Positions 1-7,923 of a DNA stretch of 23,358 nt are shown in pieces. Both the position numbers and the translations under genes were made by a program. A model generated the notes under the pieces. The model was not told where the DNA came from and ran no database searches. It saw only the letters and a program-made list of their open reading frames with translations. The DNA is from a plasmid: the sequence record NZ_AP018531.1. One strand, given 5' to 3'. Every line of letters begins with the position of its first letter. The stretch's first letter is position 1.

Positions 1-84
1 AAATGGTGGTTCTATGCGATTGCCAGTGCAAATGTAATCGTTGCGTACTTTGCATTTCAGGCAATGAGCGTGACTCTGCCATAA
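1..84 (+). CDS. tctB: C-terminal 27 codons plus stop of a TctB-family small permease, partial at the window edge. It is likely the 3' end of the tctB that begins at 22984 if the molecule is circular.
   Basis: Frame 1 is open from base 1 to TAA at 82-84. It translates to KWWFYAIASANVIVAYFAFQAMSVTLP, a hydrophobic terminal helix. An AGGAGG RBS and the tctA start follow 16 nt downstream, which is operon-style spacing. Confidence 0.5.
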   Translation, partial: KWWFYAIASANVIVAYFAFQAMSVTLP

Positions 85-100
85 GAAGGAGGAAGCGCAT

Positions 101-1606
101 ATGTTAGACAACTTGATGACCGGTTTGGCGCTGATGGCCTCGGTAGAGAGCTTCATTGCAATTTTAATCGGTCTGCTGGCAGGTATCATTATCGGTGCCA
201 TTCCGGGTTTGACTGCGGATATCGCGATCATCCTGTGCCTGCCGATTACATACAGTATGGAACCGATCCCGGCGATGCTTCTGCTGCTTGGCTTGTATTG
301 CGGCGGCACATACGGCGGCTCCATTACTGCAATTTTGATCAATACACCGGGTACGCCCTCGAGCGCAGCGACTGTGCTGGATGGTTATCCACTGACGCAG
401 CAGGGCAAGCCGCTGAAGGCTCTGACGATGGCGCTGTATGCCTCGTTTTTCGGTGGCCTGTTCAGTGCGCTGGTATTGCTGTTTGCTGCACCGAGCATTG
501 CACGTTTCACACAGATGTTTGGCCCTCCGGAGTATTTCTGCATCGCAGTGTTTGGATTGTCTATTATTGCAAGCATCTCGAACGGCAATATCATCAAGGG
601 TCTGCTCGGCGGCCTGATCGGTATTTTCATTGCACTGCTGGGACAGGATTCGGTCAGCGGTACGCTTCGGTTTACCTTTGGTATCCGTCGACTGGGCGCC
701 GGTATCCCGCTGATCGTTACGCTGGTCGGTCTGTTCGCAATTGCCGAATTGCTCAGCCGCTCGGATTATAATCCGCGTACAGATGCAACGCGTAAGCAGC
801 ATTTGAAGCTGGACCATGAGAAGCTGTCATGGGCAGAGATCAAGCGCTGCCTCAAAACAATGACGATTTCTTCGGTGATTGGTACGATTGTGGGTGCTAT
901 CCCGGGTACAGGCGGCGGCATTGCAGCTTTTATCAGCTACGATCAGGCGAAAAAGACCTCCAAATACCGTGATCATTTCGGTCACGGCGAGATCGAAGGC
1001 GTTTCCGCAACCGAGTCTGCCAATAATGCAACGACCGGTTCTACATTGATTCCGCTTACAACACTGGGCGTGCCCGGTGACGGTTGTACGGCAATTCTTC
1101 TGGGTGCATTTATGCTGCAAGGCATGGTGCCCGGTCCCTCCATGTTCAAGGAGCACAGCGATGTTCTATACGGCATTATGATCGGTCTTGTCATTGTCAA
1201 TATCCTGATGCTGATTATCGGTCGTGTGTTTACCCCGCTGTATGTCAATATCACACGCATTCCTTATGAGCTGATGAGCGCAATCATCATTGTTTACTGC
1301 ATTACCGGTGTCTATTCGAGCGAAGCCAGCACATTCCATGTACTTCTGGCGGTCATCATCGGCGCATTTTCGTTCCTGCTGCGCAAGCTTGGATTCGGTG
1401 TTGTACCGATCATCCTCGGCGTAGTTCTTGGTGATCTGGTGGAAACGAATTTCCGCAACTCGATGGTAATGTCCGGCAATTCTCTGTCCATCTTCGTAAC
1501 ACGGCCGTTCAGCCTGTTGTTCCTTGCGCTGGCTGTGCTTTCGATTGGAATGTTCTTCTACAAGGCAGCAAAGGACAGAAAAAAGCAAAAAACAGAGTTA
1601 AATTAA
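101..1606 (+). CDS. tctA: Tripartite tricarboxylate transporter large permease TctA (501 aa)
   Basis: Duplicated G-x-I-P-G motifs (IIIGAIPGLTADIAIIL and IVGAIPGTGGGIAAFISYD) typical of the TctA family. Polytopic hydrophobic profile. RBS AAGGAGGAAG sits 6 nt upstream of the ATG. Confidence 0.9.
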   Translation: MLDNLMTGLALMASVESFIAILIGLLAGIIIGAIPGLTADIAIILCLPITYSMEPIPAMLLLLGLYCGGTYGGSITAILINTPGTPSSAATVLDGYPLTQQGKPLKALTMALYASFFGGLFSALVLLFAAPSIARFTQMFGPPEYFCIAVFGLSIIASISNGNIIKGLLGGLIGIFIALLGQDSVSGTLRFTFGIRRLGAGIPLIVTLVGLFAIAELLSRSDYNPRTDATRKQHLKLDHEKLSWAEIKRCLKTMTISSVIGTIVGAIPGTGGGIAAFISYDQAKKTSKYRDHFGHGEIEGVSATESANNATTGSTLIPLTTLGVPGDGCTAILLGAFMLQGMVPGPSMFKEHSDVLYGIMIGLVIVNILMLIIGRVFTPLYVNITRIPYELMSAIIIVYCITGVYSSEASTFHVLLAVIIGAFSFLLRKLGFGVVPIILGVVLGDLVETNFRNSMVMSGNSLSIFVTRPFSLLFLALAVLSIGMFFYKAAKDRKKQKTELN

Positions 1607-1619
1607 AAAGGAGTTTCAG

Positions 1620-2897
1620 ATGAAGTATTATACTGAGCCGAGCCGGGAGATCCCGGTTGCGGCAGAAACGGAAGTCCTTGTTGTAGGTGGCGGCCCCGCA
1701 GGTTTCGGCGCCGCCCTGCACGCAGCACGCATGGGACGAAAAACGATGCTGATCGAGCAATACGGCGCGGTCGGCGGTGTGGCAACCACGGGCATTATGA
1801 GTCATTGGACCGGCAGACAGGACGGCGGCTGCTTTGAAGAGCTGCGCGCAAAGGCACGCGACTGTGAAGCGGAGCAGGTCATCAATCCGGAAAAACTGCG
1901 TATTTTGATGCTGGATATGCTGATGGAGGCCGGCGTTAATGTACAGCTGTACACAGGCTTCAGCGATGTCATTATGGATGGAAACCGCGTTGCGGGTGTA
2001 ATCACAGAGAGCAAATCCGGCCGGGAAGCGATCCTGAGCAAAATGGTGATCGATTCGACCGGCGACGGCGACGTGGCCGCACGTGCGGGCGTTCCGTTTG
2101 AAAAGGGACGTTCGACGGACGGCGGTATGCAGCCGATGACGATCATGTTCAAGGTTGCCGGCGTAGATATGGATCGCGCCATGTTCTTCTGGGGCTTTGA
2201 GGATACGGTCCAGCTGCCGGAAGGCGATCTGCAAACACTCGGTCGTCAGGAATTACCCTCTCCGGCAGGTCATATCCTGCTGTATCCTTCGTCGCTCCCC
2301 GGCGTTGTCACAGTCAACATGAGCAATATGACCGATGTGGACGGCACAAATGCAAGAGATCTGAATCGTGCTGAATACGTATGCAGAAAGCAGCTTCCCG
2401 AGATTATTGCATTTCTGCGCCGCCATGTGCCGGGATATGAAGGCTGTTATCTGATCGACAGTGCCGATGTGATCGGTGTGCGTGAAACCCGCCGGTTTGA
2501 GGCGAATTATCAGCTGAATGAGCAGGATATTGCGCAGGCTCGTACCTTTGAAGACTGGGTAGTTACCAAGTCGAATTTCTTCTTTGATCTGCACAATGTA
2601 GAAGGCGCCGGACTGGATGCCAATGGTGAATACAAGGCGTTCAAGCAGCCGAAGCCGTATACGATCCCGCTGCGCTGCTTTGTACCAAAGACGGTGGAGG
2701 GTATTCTGCTGAACGGACGCAATATTTCGGGTACGCATAAGGCGCACTCCAGCTATCGTGTTATGCCGATTGTAATGAATATGGGGCATGCTATGGGTAT
2801 TGTTGCCGCGATGTGTGTTGCACAGAACAAAAAGCCGTTGGAATTAGACATTCACGAAGTGCAGGATGAGCTGCGCAGAACGAATGTAGAACCGTAA
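1620..2897 (+). CDS. FAD-dependent oxidoreductase (Rossmann dinucleotide-binding N-terminus, PF12831-like), 425 aa
   Basis: N-terminal VLVVGGGPAGFGAALHAARMGRKTMLIEQYGAVGG dinucleotide-binding motif (GxGxxG ... E). RBS AAAGGAG sits 7 nt upstream. The gene abuts tctA by 13 nt, consistent with co-transcription. Confidence 0.8.
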   Translation: MKYYTEPSREIPVAAETEVLVVGGGPAGFGAALHAARMGRKTMLIEQYGAVGGVATTGIMSHWTGRQDGGCFEELRAKARDCEAEQVINPEKLRILMLDMLMEAGVNVQLYTGFSDVIMDGNRVAGVITESKSGREAILSKMVIDSTGDGDVAARAGVPFEKGRSTDGGMQPMTIMFKVAGVDMDRAMFFWGFEDTVQLPEGDLQTLGRQELPSPAGHILLYPSSLPGVVTVNMSNMTDVDGTNARDLNRAEYVCRKQLPEIIAFLRRHVPGYEGCYLIDSADVIGVRETRRFEANYQLNEQDIAQARTFEDWVVTKSNFFFDLHNVEGAGLDANGEYKAFKQPKPYTIPLRCFVPKTVEGILLNGRNISGTHKAHSSYRVMPIVMNMGHAMGIVAAMCVAQNKKPLELDIHEVQDELRRTNVEP

Positions 2898-2925
2898 ACT
2901 CAGGGAAGGAGATACAGTTAATATT

Positions 2926-3720
2926 ATGCTGAAACGAATGCCCCGCACGATTGCAGCAGAGCAGTCGCTGAAAAGCGGACTGTTCAAGCTGAGAGATATT
3001 GCCGCCTGTGCTTATGGCAATGGAAAGTGGATTCAATACCGGGATGCCGCAGGCACCTGTAAGCTTACGATGTCCATGGGAGAGATCGTAAAAAACGCCA
3101 GTGTGGAAGATGTTGAAGTGTCAAAGGCGCTTGCAGTGCTGTCGACAGGTACTCTGCCGGAGAACGGCGTAAAAACCATGGTGATTCTGCTGGTATCTCT
3201 GTTGGAAAAAGCGGAGAACCTCGGCTGCACGGAAGCGGATGTGAACGCAGTTTATGCGCTTCTGGAATATGCGGCAGAATATCTGCCAGCTATCGCGAAA
3301 GAGAATAACGGTGAGCTGCTCGGCAGCGTGCTGCCGTACATGACACTGATTAAGCCATTGAACAAACGGGCGCGTGAACTGGGCAATGAACGTGCAGCAG
3401 CAACGATGGAATATGCCCTGACAACGCTGCTCCTGACGTTTACCGAAGCCAACGGTGCAAATGGATACGGTGTATATGAACGCATGAAAGCACTGGCGCC
3501 CAATCAGTTTTTCAGCCTGAATCAGGTTGGCATTGAGAGGTCAATTTCCGTGGATAGTCCTTATACTGACATCTGGACGATGGGATTTGATCCCATCGAC
3601 GGAACGATTAAGGATTGTCGCGACATGGCATATCGCGATAAAGAGGAGGACGTACGAAACGTATTACTCGCGGTGAAGAATTCCCTGCAGGTTATTTGGA
3701 ATATTGTCGCAAGCCTGTGA
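2926..3720 (+). CDS. Hypothetical protein, 264 aa, no domain I can recognise. Last gene of the tct/oxidoreductase operon.
   Basis: The long ORF has coding-like composition. GGGAAGGAGA RBS lies upstream. A terminator follows at 3876-3920. Confidence 0.6.
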   Translation: MLKRMPRTIAAEQSLKSGLFKLRDIAACAYGNGKWIQYRDAAGTCKLTMSMGEIVKNASVEDVEVSKALAVLSTGTLPENGVKTMVILLVSLLEKAENLGCTEADVNAVYALLEYAAEYLPAIAKENNGELLGSVLPYMTLIKPLNKRARELGNERAAATMEYALTTLLLTFTEANGANGYGVYERMKALAPNQFFSLNQVGIERSISVDSPYTDIWTMGFDPIDGTIKDCRDMAYRDKEEDVRNVLLAVKNSLQVIWNIVASL

Positions 3721-3875
3721 TACGTGAATACACTGTCTGAGACAGCAGGTATGAAACCGCTCCAGCGATCAGCGTGTATTTACCCAATCTTCATGACCGG
3801 ATAAACAAATATCCGTCTCCTCCTGTTTGTTTTTCAGATCTCAGTTGTTGAAAATCATATCACCCTACTTTACCC

Positions 3876-3920
3876 AAAAGGAGCTTCCACGCACGGCGAT
3901 GGAGGCTCCTTTATTTTTCC
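3876..3920 (+). terminator. Rho-independent terminator after the tct/oxidoreductase operon
   Basis: Stem AAGGAGCTTCCA / TGGAGGCTCCTT (one mismatch), about 10-nt loop, then TTATTTTT. Confidence 0.5.
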
Positions 3921-3936
3921 GGCGCCCCGAACTGAC

Positions 3937-4045
3937 GCCGCCGCTTTCTCTCCCGGATGAGCGTAGACTTGCTGATGCCGGTCAGCTTAACAACCTGCGC
4001 GTAAGAATGGTCCTCAAGCAGAGCCATTGCATGGTTAAGCTGCAA
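3937..4045 (-). pseudogene. 3' remnant (about 36 codons, HTH tail) of a serine recombinase gene. It is a near-identical direct copy of the 3' end of the intact gene at 19289-19397.
   Basis: Visible alignment cgccgctttctctcccggatgagcgt(a/g)gacttgctgatgccggtcag... with only a few substitutions over about 108 bp. Similarity stops abruptly at 4046. No N-terminal catalytic region is present. Confidence 0.65.
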
Positions 4046-4190
4046 GATCGGCAGCGGTATCTTTTCCGCCATCATCATCGCCATGCTCGGCGCAGCTATT
4101 GTGCTGCCGCTCTATCGTCTGGATAGGATGTATCCGCCGCTCACAGCAGATTTGCAGGAGCAGGAGAAACACCGCCCTCTTTCGGATTGA
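4005..4190 (+). pseudogene. Stranded C-terminal tail of an unknown membrane protein (no start codon)
   Basis: The frame from 4005 to TGA at 4188-4190 encodes ...[47 protein letters not shown] with no upstream in-frame start. It is fused directly to the recombinase remnant. Confidence 0.3.
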
Positions 4191-4249
4191 ATCCATCCGG
4201 TTGCCGCAGCGCAAAACCGCTGACAGCCCTGCTTATGATTGGAGAACAA

Positions 4250-4306
4250 CCTAAAACAATGAAACGCCATCCGGCAGCGGATAACAAATCCGAGCCGGAT
4301 GGCGTT
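4250..4306 (-). terminator. Hairpin terminator downstream of the dehydrogenase remnant (minus-strand sense)
   Basis: Perfect 12-bp stem AACGCCATCCGG / CCGGATGGCGTT (4263-4274 and 4295-4306). A T-run follows on the minus strand (tcattgtttt). Confidence 0.4.
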
Positions 4307-4342
4307 ATTTGCTACTTTACAAAATCGATGGAGCCGTCATCG

Positions 4343-4561
4343 TTATTCCATCCACGGGTCGATGACGACCTTCATGCTTTCGCGGGTCATGCTGGCCTTC
4401 ACGGCCTGCTCTGCCTGCGGGAAGTGATGGCTGAACAGACGCTCCCACGGGAAGGTATCCTTGTGGCGCAGCATCCTTTCCATCACGGTTTTGTATTTAT
4501 TGTGCGTGTGATTCGTCATGCCGACAATACGCAGCTTGCACGGATTGAGATAAACGGCCAC
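4343..4561 (-). pseudogene. C-terminal fragment (about 70 aa) of a zinc-dependent alcohol dehydrogenase (MDR) family gene
   Basis: Translation ...LISHHFP..AVKASMTRESMKVVIDPWME matches the MDR C-terminus. The last about 30 codons are an inverted near-copy of 20310-20398. No N-terminal or Rossmann part is present. Confidence 0.55.
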
Positions 4562-4640
4562 GGTATACTCTCACTTTTATCGCCTGCATTGTCGGTAAAT
4601 CATCTGTATATCCTGTATTTCATAACAGAATCCAAGTGTA

Positions 4641-4676
4641 AAGTCACAAAGTTACAAATTCGTAACTTTGTGACTT
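4641..4676. repeat. Perfect 15-bp inverted repeat with 6-nt spacer (AAGTCACAAAGTTAC aaattc GTAACTTTGTGACTT)
   Basis: Read directly from the sequence. It lies 24 bp beyond the 3' end of the parA-parG operon, followed by TTTTTAACTTT. Confidence 0.7.
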
Positions 4677-4699
4677 TTTAACTTTAGTATTTCCGGCAG

Positions 4700-4939
4700 T
4701 TACGCAAAAAACTGATCGAGTGCCTGCCGTACCAGCTCGGACATATCGCAGTCGCGGTGGAAGGCTGCCGCCTTGAGCTGCTTATGCTGCTCCGGGCGCA
4801 GACGCACGGTCACCTGCACGGTGGAGGCTTTCTTCTTCTCCGCAGTCGGTGCGGCAGCTGTTTCCTGTGCCGGCTGCGGTTCCTCGTCCTTGCGGCCGAT
4901 CATATTCTTGAACATTTCCTCTGCACTGAGTCTTGCCAT
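4700..4939 (-). CDS. Small ribbon-helix-helix (CopG/ParG-like) partition partner or transcriptional repressor, 79 aa
   Basis: 79 aa, charged, with a C-terminal ELVRQALDQFF RHH-like motif. Start overlaps the parA stop. GGAGAAGGAGAGGG RBS. Typical small second gene of a type Ib par operon. Confidence 0.55.
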   Translation of the reverse strand: MARLSAEEMFKNMIGRKDEEPQPAQETAAAPTAEKKKASTVQVTVRLRPEQHKQLKAAAFHRDCDMSELVRQALDQFFA

Positions 4940-5754
4940 TACTGTTCCCTCTCCTTCTCCACAAACTCTTTGACGAAATTCAGACAGTCATTCACAAAAT
5001 TCCGGCTGGCCTCGGAAACGCGCTCGCCCTTGGTCTGTGCCTTGCTCTCAATGTAGTCAAACACGTTCTCCTGTACAGCCTGCGCTTCCTTGATGATCAC
5101 GTTGCTGCGGATGGTCGTTCGGTAAACGTCCGCGCCCATGTAGTCCGCGATTTTTTCGGTCAGCTCCTGAATGGTCCTGGTGACACGGGTGCGCTCGGTG
5201 CGCGTGAGCAATACGCCGTCGATCCTGAGCGCCGGATTGGTGTATTTCTTCACCGACTTGTAAGTATCATACAGCTGGGTGATGCCGGATGCCGCAAAGG
5301 TCTCCGCCATGGTCGGGATGAGCAGATAGTCGGCAGCCGTCAGCGCGTTCACGGTCAGCAGGCCGAGCGACGGCGGACAGTCGATGAGAATGTAATCGTA
5401 TGCCTCGGCTACGCCGGTCTGCTCGTCGCGCAGCTTCTCGCGGAGCGTCATCTCTTTGCCGACGTTGTGCAGCTCCTGCTCAATGCCCGCAAGGATGGTA
5501 TTGGCCGGAATGATATCGCAGCTGGGCGTGTGCTGGATGGCATCCCGCGCCGAGACCGTTCCCTTCATGACCTCGTACATGGTCGCGCTGTCCTGATTCT
5601 CGGCAGCTACCGACATCGACAGGTTGCCCTGTGGGTCGCAGTCGATCGTCAGCACGCTGAAGCCCTGCTTTTTCAGACCGGCCGCCAGAATGCCGGTCGT
5701 TGTGGTTTTTGCAACGCCGCCTTTCTGGTTGGCCAGTGCAAATATCGCTGACAT
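4939..5754 (-). CDS. parA: ParA/Soj-family partition ATPase (start at MSAIFALANQKGGVAKTT)
   Basis: Deviant Walker A KGGVAKTTT and an IDCDPQ motif. The internal ATG at 5754 has an AAAGAGGTGGAG RBS. The upstream ATG at 5772 has no RBS. Confidence 0.9.
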   Translation of the reverse strand: MSAIFALANQKGGVAKTTTTGILAAGLKKQGFSVLTIDCDPQGNLSMSVAAENQDSATMYEVMKGTVSARDAIQHTPSCDIIPANTILAGIEQELHNVGKEMTLREKLRDEQTGVAEAYDYILIDCPPSLGLLTVNALTAADYLLIPTMAETFAASGITQLYDTYKSVKKYTNPALRIDGVLLTRTERTRVTRTIQELTEKIADYMGADVYRTTIRSNVIIKEAQAVQENVFDYIESKAQTKGERVSEASRNFVNDCLNFVKEFVEKEREQ

Positions 5755-5778
5755 GTTCTCCACCTCTTTCAACTTTGT

Positions 5779-5860
5779 AAAGTTATAACTGTTTAACGTT
5801 ACTCTTATTATATACCTGTGCAGTTATAACGTCAAGACTGTGTAACTTTATAACGTTATT
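5779..5860. repeat. Iteron/parS-like cluster of GTTATAAC(G) palindromic repeats between rep and parA
   Basis: Copies at about 5782, 5823 and 5848, plus AACGTTA half-sites. The same 9-12-mer (GTTATAACGTTA) recurs at 8337-8381. Confidence 0.6.
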
Positions 5861-6145
5861 TCTTTCTATTGGTTCAGAGATTCATTCAAACCGTGTATTT
5901 TCTGCTCTTTTCTCTCCTTTTCTGTCAGGAAGATTGAGTAGTGAAGTTTCAATAAAGAAGTTTTAATAGGTAAGGATTTTAGTATATCAGCCTGTTTTGC
6001 ATCTGCTCAAAAAGCATCTTGTCTTTCAGCATACTGCCTGTAAACAGAGTACCCTGTAAAATCAGGGTAATGGTATGGCAGACAAAGAAAAATGACGGTC
6101 TTTCTGCCGTCATCGGTGTTTGGGGATGGAAATATGATTTTCCGA

Positions 6146-6179
6146 GCACGACCAAAAGCCATGAGGTCAATCATGGCTT
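6146..6179 (-). terminator. Intrinsic terminator after rep
   Basis: Perfect 9-bp stem AAGCCATGA / TCATGGCTT, loop ggtcaa. On the minus strand it is followed by TTTTGGTCG. A second hairpin (GACGGTCTTTCTGCCGTC) with a minus-strand T-run lies at about 6095-6125. Confidence 0.5.
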
Positions 6180-6185
6180 AAAAGG

Positions 6186-7376
6186 TTATTCGGTTTCCTG
6201 CGAATGGCGTTTTGCTTTTACGCGCTTGAGCCACTCCAGTTCCCAGTCGGCCAGCGGCTGCTCGGATGTGCCGGTGCTGACCGGCTCGGCCTGCGAAGGC
6301 TGCAGCAGCTTCTGATGGTAGGTATACAGGGAAGTCTGTAAGTATGCAACCGGGTTTTCAATGCGGCCGAAGTCGATCGTGACGCTGTTCAGAAAGCGTT
6401 CCATGCTTTCCTGAGAAATACGGCGGGAGACCTGCTCGCGGCTGTCCTGCGGGACCGCAGCGCCCTTGATGAACAGCTTGTCTGCGTACTTGATGTTGCA
6501 GACTGCCGTTACGACCGTTCCGGTCAGCTCGCTGCCGAACTGACGGCGGAGCGCGTCGGCGTTGATCTGCTGCTCGATCTGCCTGCGCAGCCTGCGGCGG
6601 ACGGCACGCGGCTTGTCCTTTTTGTTAACACACACGTTTTTACGGATGCGGGAAACCTGCGTTTTGATCTTCGCAAGGAAGCCGTCGATCGTGGCTACGG
6701 TGGAGACAGAGCCGTCAACGTGGTAGTTGGTCAGGTACGGCGTTTCCAGATCGGGTGTTTCGCAGAGCTTATATTCGTAGGTCCAGTGATTCTCCTGACC
6801 GGAAGGGAAACGGTGCTGCTTGAGCAGACCGGAAATCTTGAAGCGCTTCCAGAGCGTCGAGAAATGTTTCACTTTCTCCATGCAGAACGCGCGGATTCCC
6901 TCGGGACGGAGAACGAAGTCGGGAATCTTCATCAGATGGCTGACGAGGGCGAACAGTCCCTTGCTGGCAAGGGAAATGGTCTTGTCGCGCAGGACCGAGG
7001 TGGAAATGTTGGTGTAGTCGCGCTGTGCACCGGAAATGCAGGCAACATCACCGTTCGGGCGGTCAATGGACGGGGAATAGACGTAGTCCACCGGCTCGGA
7101 CGGGTGCTGCATCAGGTTATAGACATGACAGAACGCACCATTTTCCGACTGGGAGAAATAGTGCTGCAGGTATCCCTTTTGCTTGAGCTCCTTCCACGCC
7201 GCATTCAGCAGGTAGGCGCTGTCCGAGCAGGCATAGCCGAGACGGCGCTTGCTGAGCGCGAAATCCGGCAGGCCGACAAAAGACTTGATGACGGCAAACA
7301 GACCCTTGGCCTCGAGAGAAAGCGTTCTGTCGCGCAGAACTTCGTTATAGATTGTCGTGTAGCCGGCTGCGGACAT
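6186..7376 (-). CDS. Putative plasmid replication initiator with two tandem about 85-aa winged-helix-like domains plus a basic/coiled C-terminal region (396 aa)
   Basis: Internal duplication: Y-T-x-I-x-x-x-V-L-R-D-(R/K)-T-(L/I)-S-L-x-(A/S)-K-G-L-F-A-(V/L)... appears twice (residues about 7-80 and about 120-195). This resembles RepA_N or phage-replisome-organiser N-domains. RBS GGAAAGGAGGGAAAG. Sits immediately upstream of iterons and parA on the same strand. Confidence 0.55.
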   Translation of the reverse strand: MSAAGYTTIYNEVLRDRTLSLEAKGLFAVIKSFVGLPDFALSKRRLGYACSDSAYLLNAAWKELKQKGYLQHYFSQSENGAFCHVYNLMQHPSEPVDYVYSPSIDRPNGDVACISGAQRDYTNISTSVLRDKTISLASKGLFALVSHLMKIPDFVLRPEGIRAFCMEKVKHFSTLWKRFKISGLLKQHRFPSGQENHWTYEYKLCETPDLETPYLTNYHVDGSVSTVATIDGFLAKIKTQVSRIRKNVCVNKKDKPRAVRRRLRRQIEQQINADALRRQFGSELTGTVVTAVCNIKYADKLFIKGAAVPQDSREQVSRRISQESMERFLNSVTIDFGRIENPVAYLQTSLYTYHQKLLQPSQAEPVSTGTSEQPLADWELEWLKRVKAKRHSQETE

Positions 7377-7406
7377 TGCTTTCCCTCCTTTCCGATGGTC
7401 GATTTT

Positions 7407-7452
7407 TGCAGAAGAAACAAAAAATCGTCTGATGCTCTCACACCAGACGATT
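7407..7452 (-). terminator. Attenuator-like intrinsic terminator inside the rep leader, about 45 nt upstream of the rep start
   Basis: On the minus-strand RNA: stem AAUCGUCUG / CAGACGAUU (9 bp, 12-nt loop) followed by UUUUUUGUUUCUUCUG, then GGAAAGGAGGG and AUG. Confidence 0.45.
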
Positions 7453-7563
7453 GAAAAACCATGTCTAAATTCGTATCAAAAATCGAAGATTCGTAATGTT
7501 GCACAAGTAAAATGTGCCGTGTTAAGCAGAAAAATTGATTTTTGTCGAAAAACGCGCGTCTTA

Positions 7564-7592
7564 TTGACATAACCGCTTGTTGAATGTATAAT
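7564..7592 (+). promoter_or_regulatory. Consensus sigma-70/SigA promoter (TTGACA - 17 nt - TATAAT, with TG immediately upstream of the -10)
   Basis: TTGACA at 7564-7569 and TATAAT at 7587-7592, read directly from the sequence. Confidence 0.65.
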
Positions 7593-7598
7593 GATTAT

Positions 7599-7740
7599 AC
7601 AGTAAGCGGTATGCGCCATTTGGCGCGTTACTGGTCTCAGGTGAGTGAGATCTTACCGCCCGCTGGTGTTGGAAGCACCAAGTGGCGGATACCGTTTATA
7701 AAAGAGCTGATGCTTGCAGGCATTGGCTCTTTTGTTTTTC
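7599..7740 (+). ncRNA. Candidate about 140-nt small RNA (possible rep counter-transcript) from the consensus promoter to an intrinsic terminator
   Basis: No RBS-preceded ORF. Internal hairpins GCGCCAtttGGCGC and CCGCCcgctggtg...caccaagtGGCGG. 3' terminator stem AAAGAGCUGAUGC / GCAUUGGCUCUUU (13 bp including two G-U pairs) followed by UGUUUUUCC at 7701-7740. Confidence 0.35.
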
Positions 7741-7855
7741 CTGTAATTAAGAATACCATGGAAAATAAGGAATGTCAATCTTAATCAGGTGAAGTTGAAA
7801 AATACTCGGAAGAGTTGGTTTTTTTTTAGAATGAATCCGGGTTTTCCGGATATAC

Positions 7856-7884
7856 TTGCAATGCCGCCTGATATGCGGTATAAT
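7856..7884 (+). promoter_or_regulatory. Second near-consensus promoter (TTGCAA - 17 nt - TATAAT)
   Basis: TTGCAA at 7856-7861 and TATAAT at 7879-7884. A strong terminator lies about 40 nt downstream, so the transcript would be about 70 nt. Confidence 0.5.
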
Positions 7885-7923
7885 ATCAGTAAACGAATGA
7901 TGAGATTGCTCACTGAGCACACG

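Noticed and set aside
3827-4681. ORFs 3827-4126 (+) and 4187-4681 (+)
   Set aside because: They are the antisense strands of the resolvase remnant and the dehydrogenase remnant respectively. They have no RBS and their translations are implausible.
5755-5772. Upstream ATG (5772) for parA and upstream ATG (12808) for iolG
   Set aside because: Neither has an RBS. The next in-frame ATGs (5754 and 12796) have well-spaced purine-rich RBS and give N-termini matching family norms.
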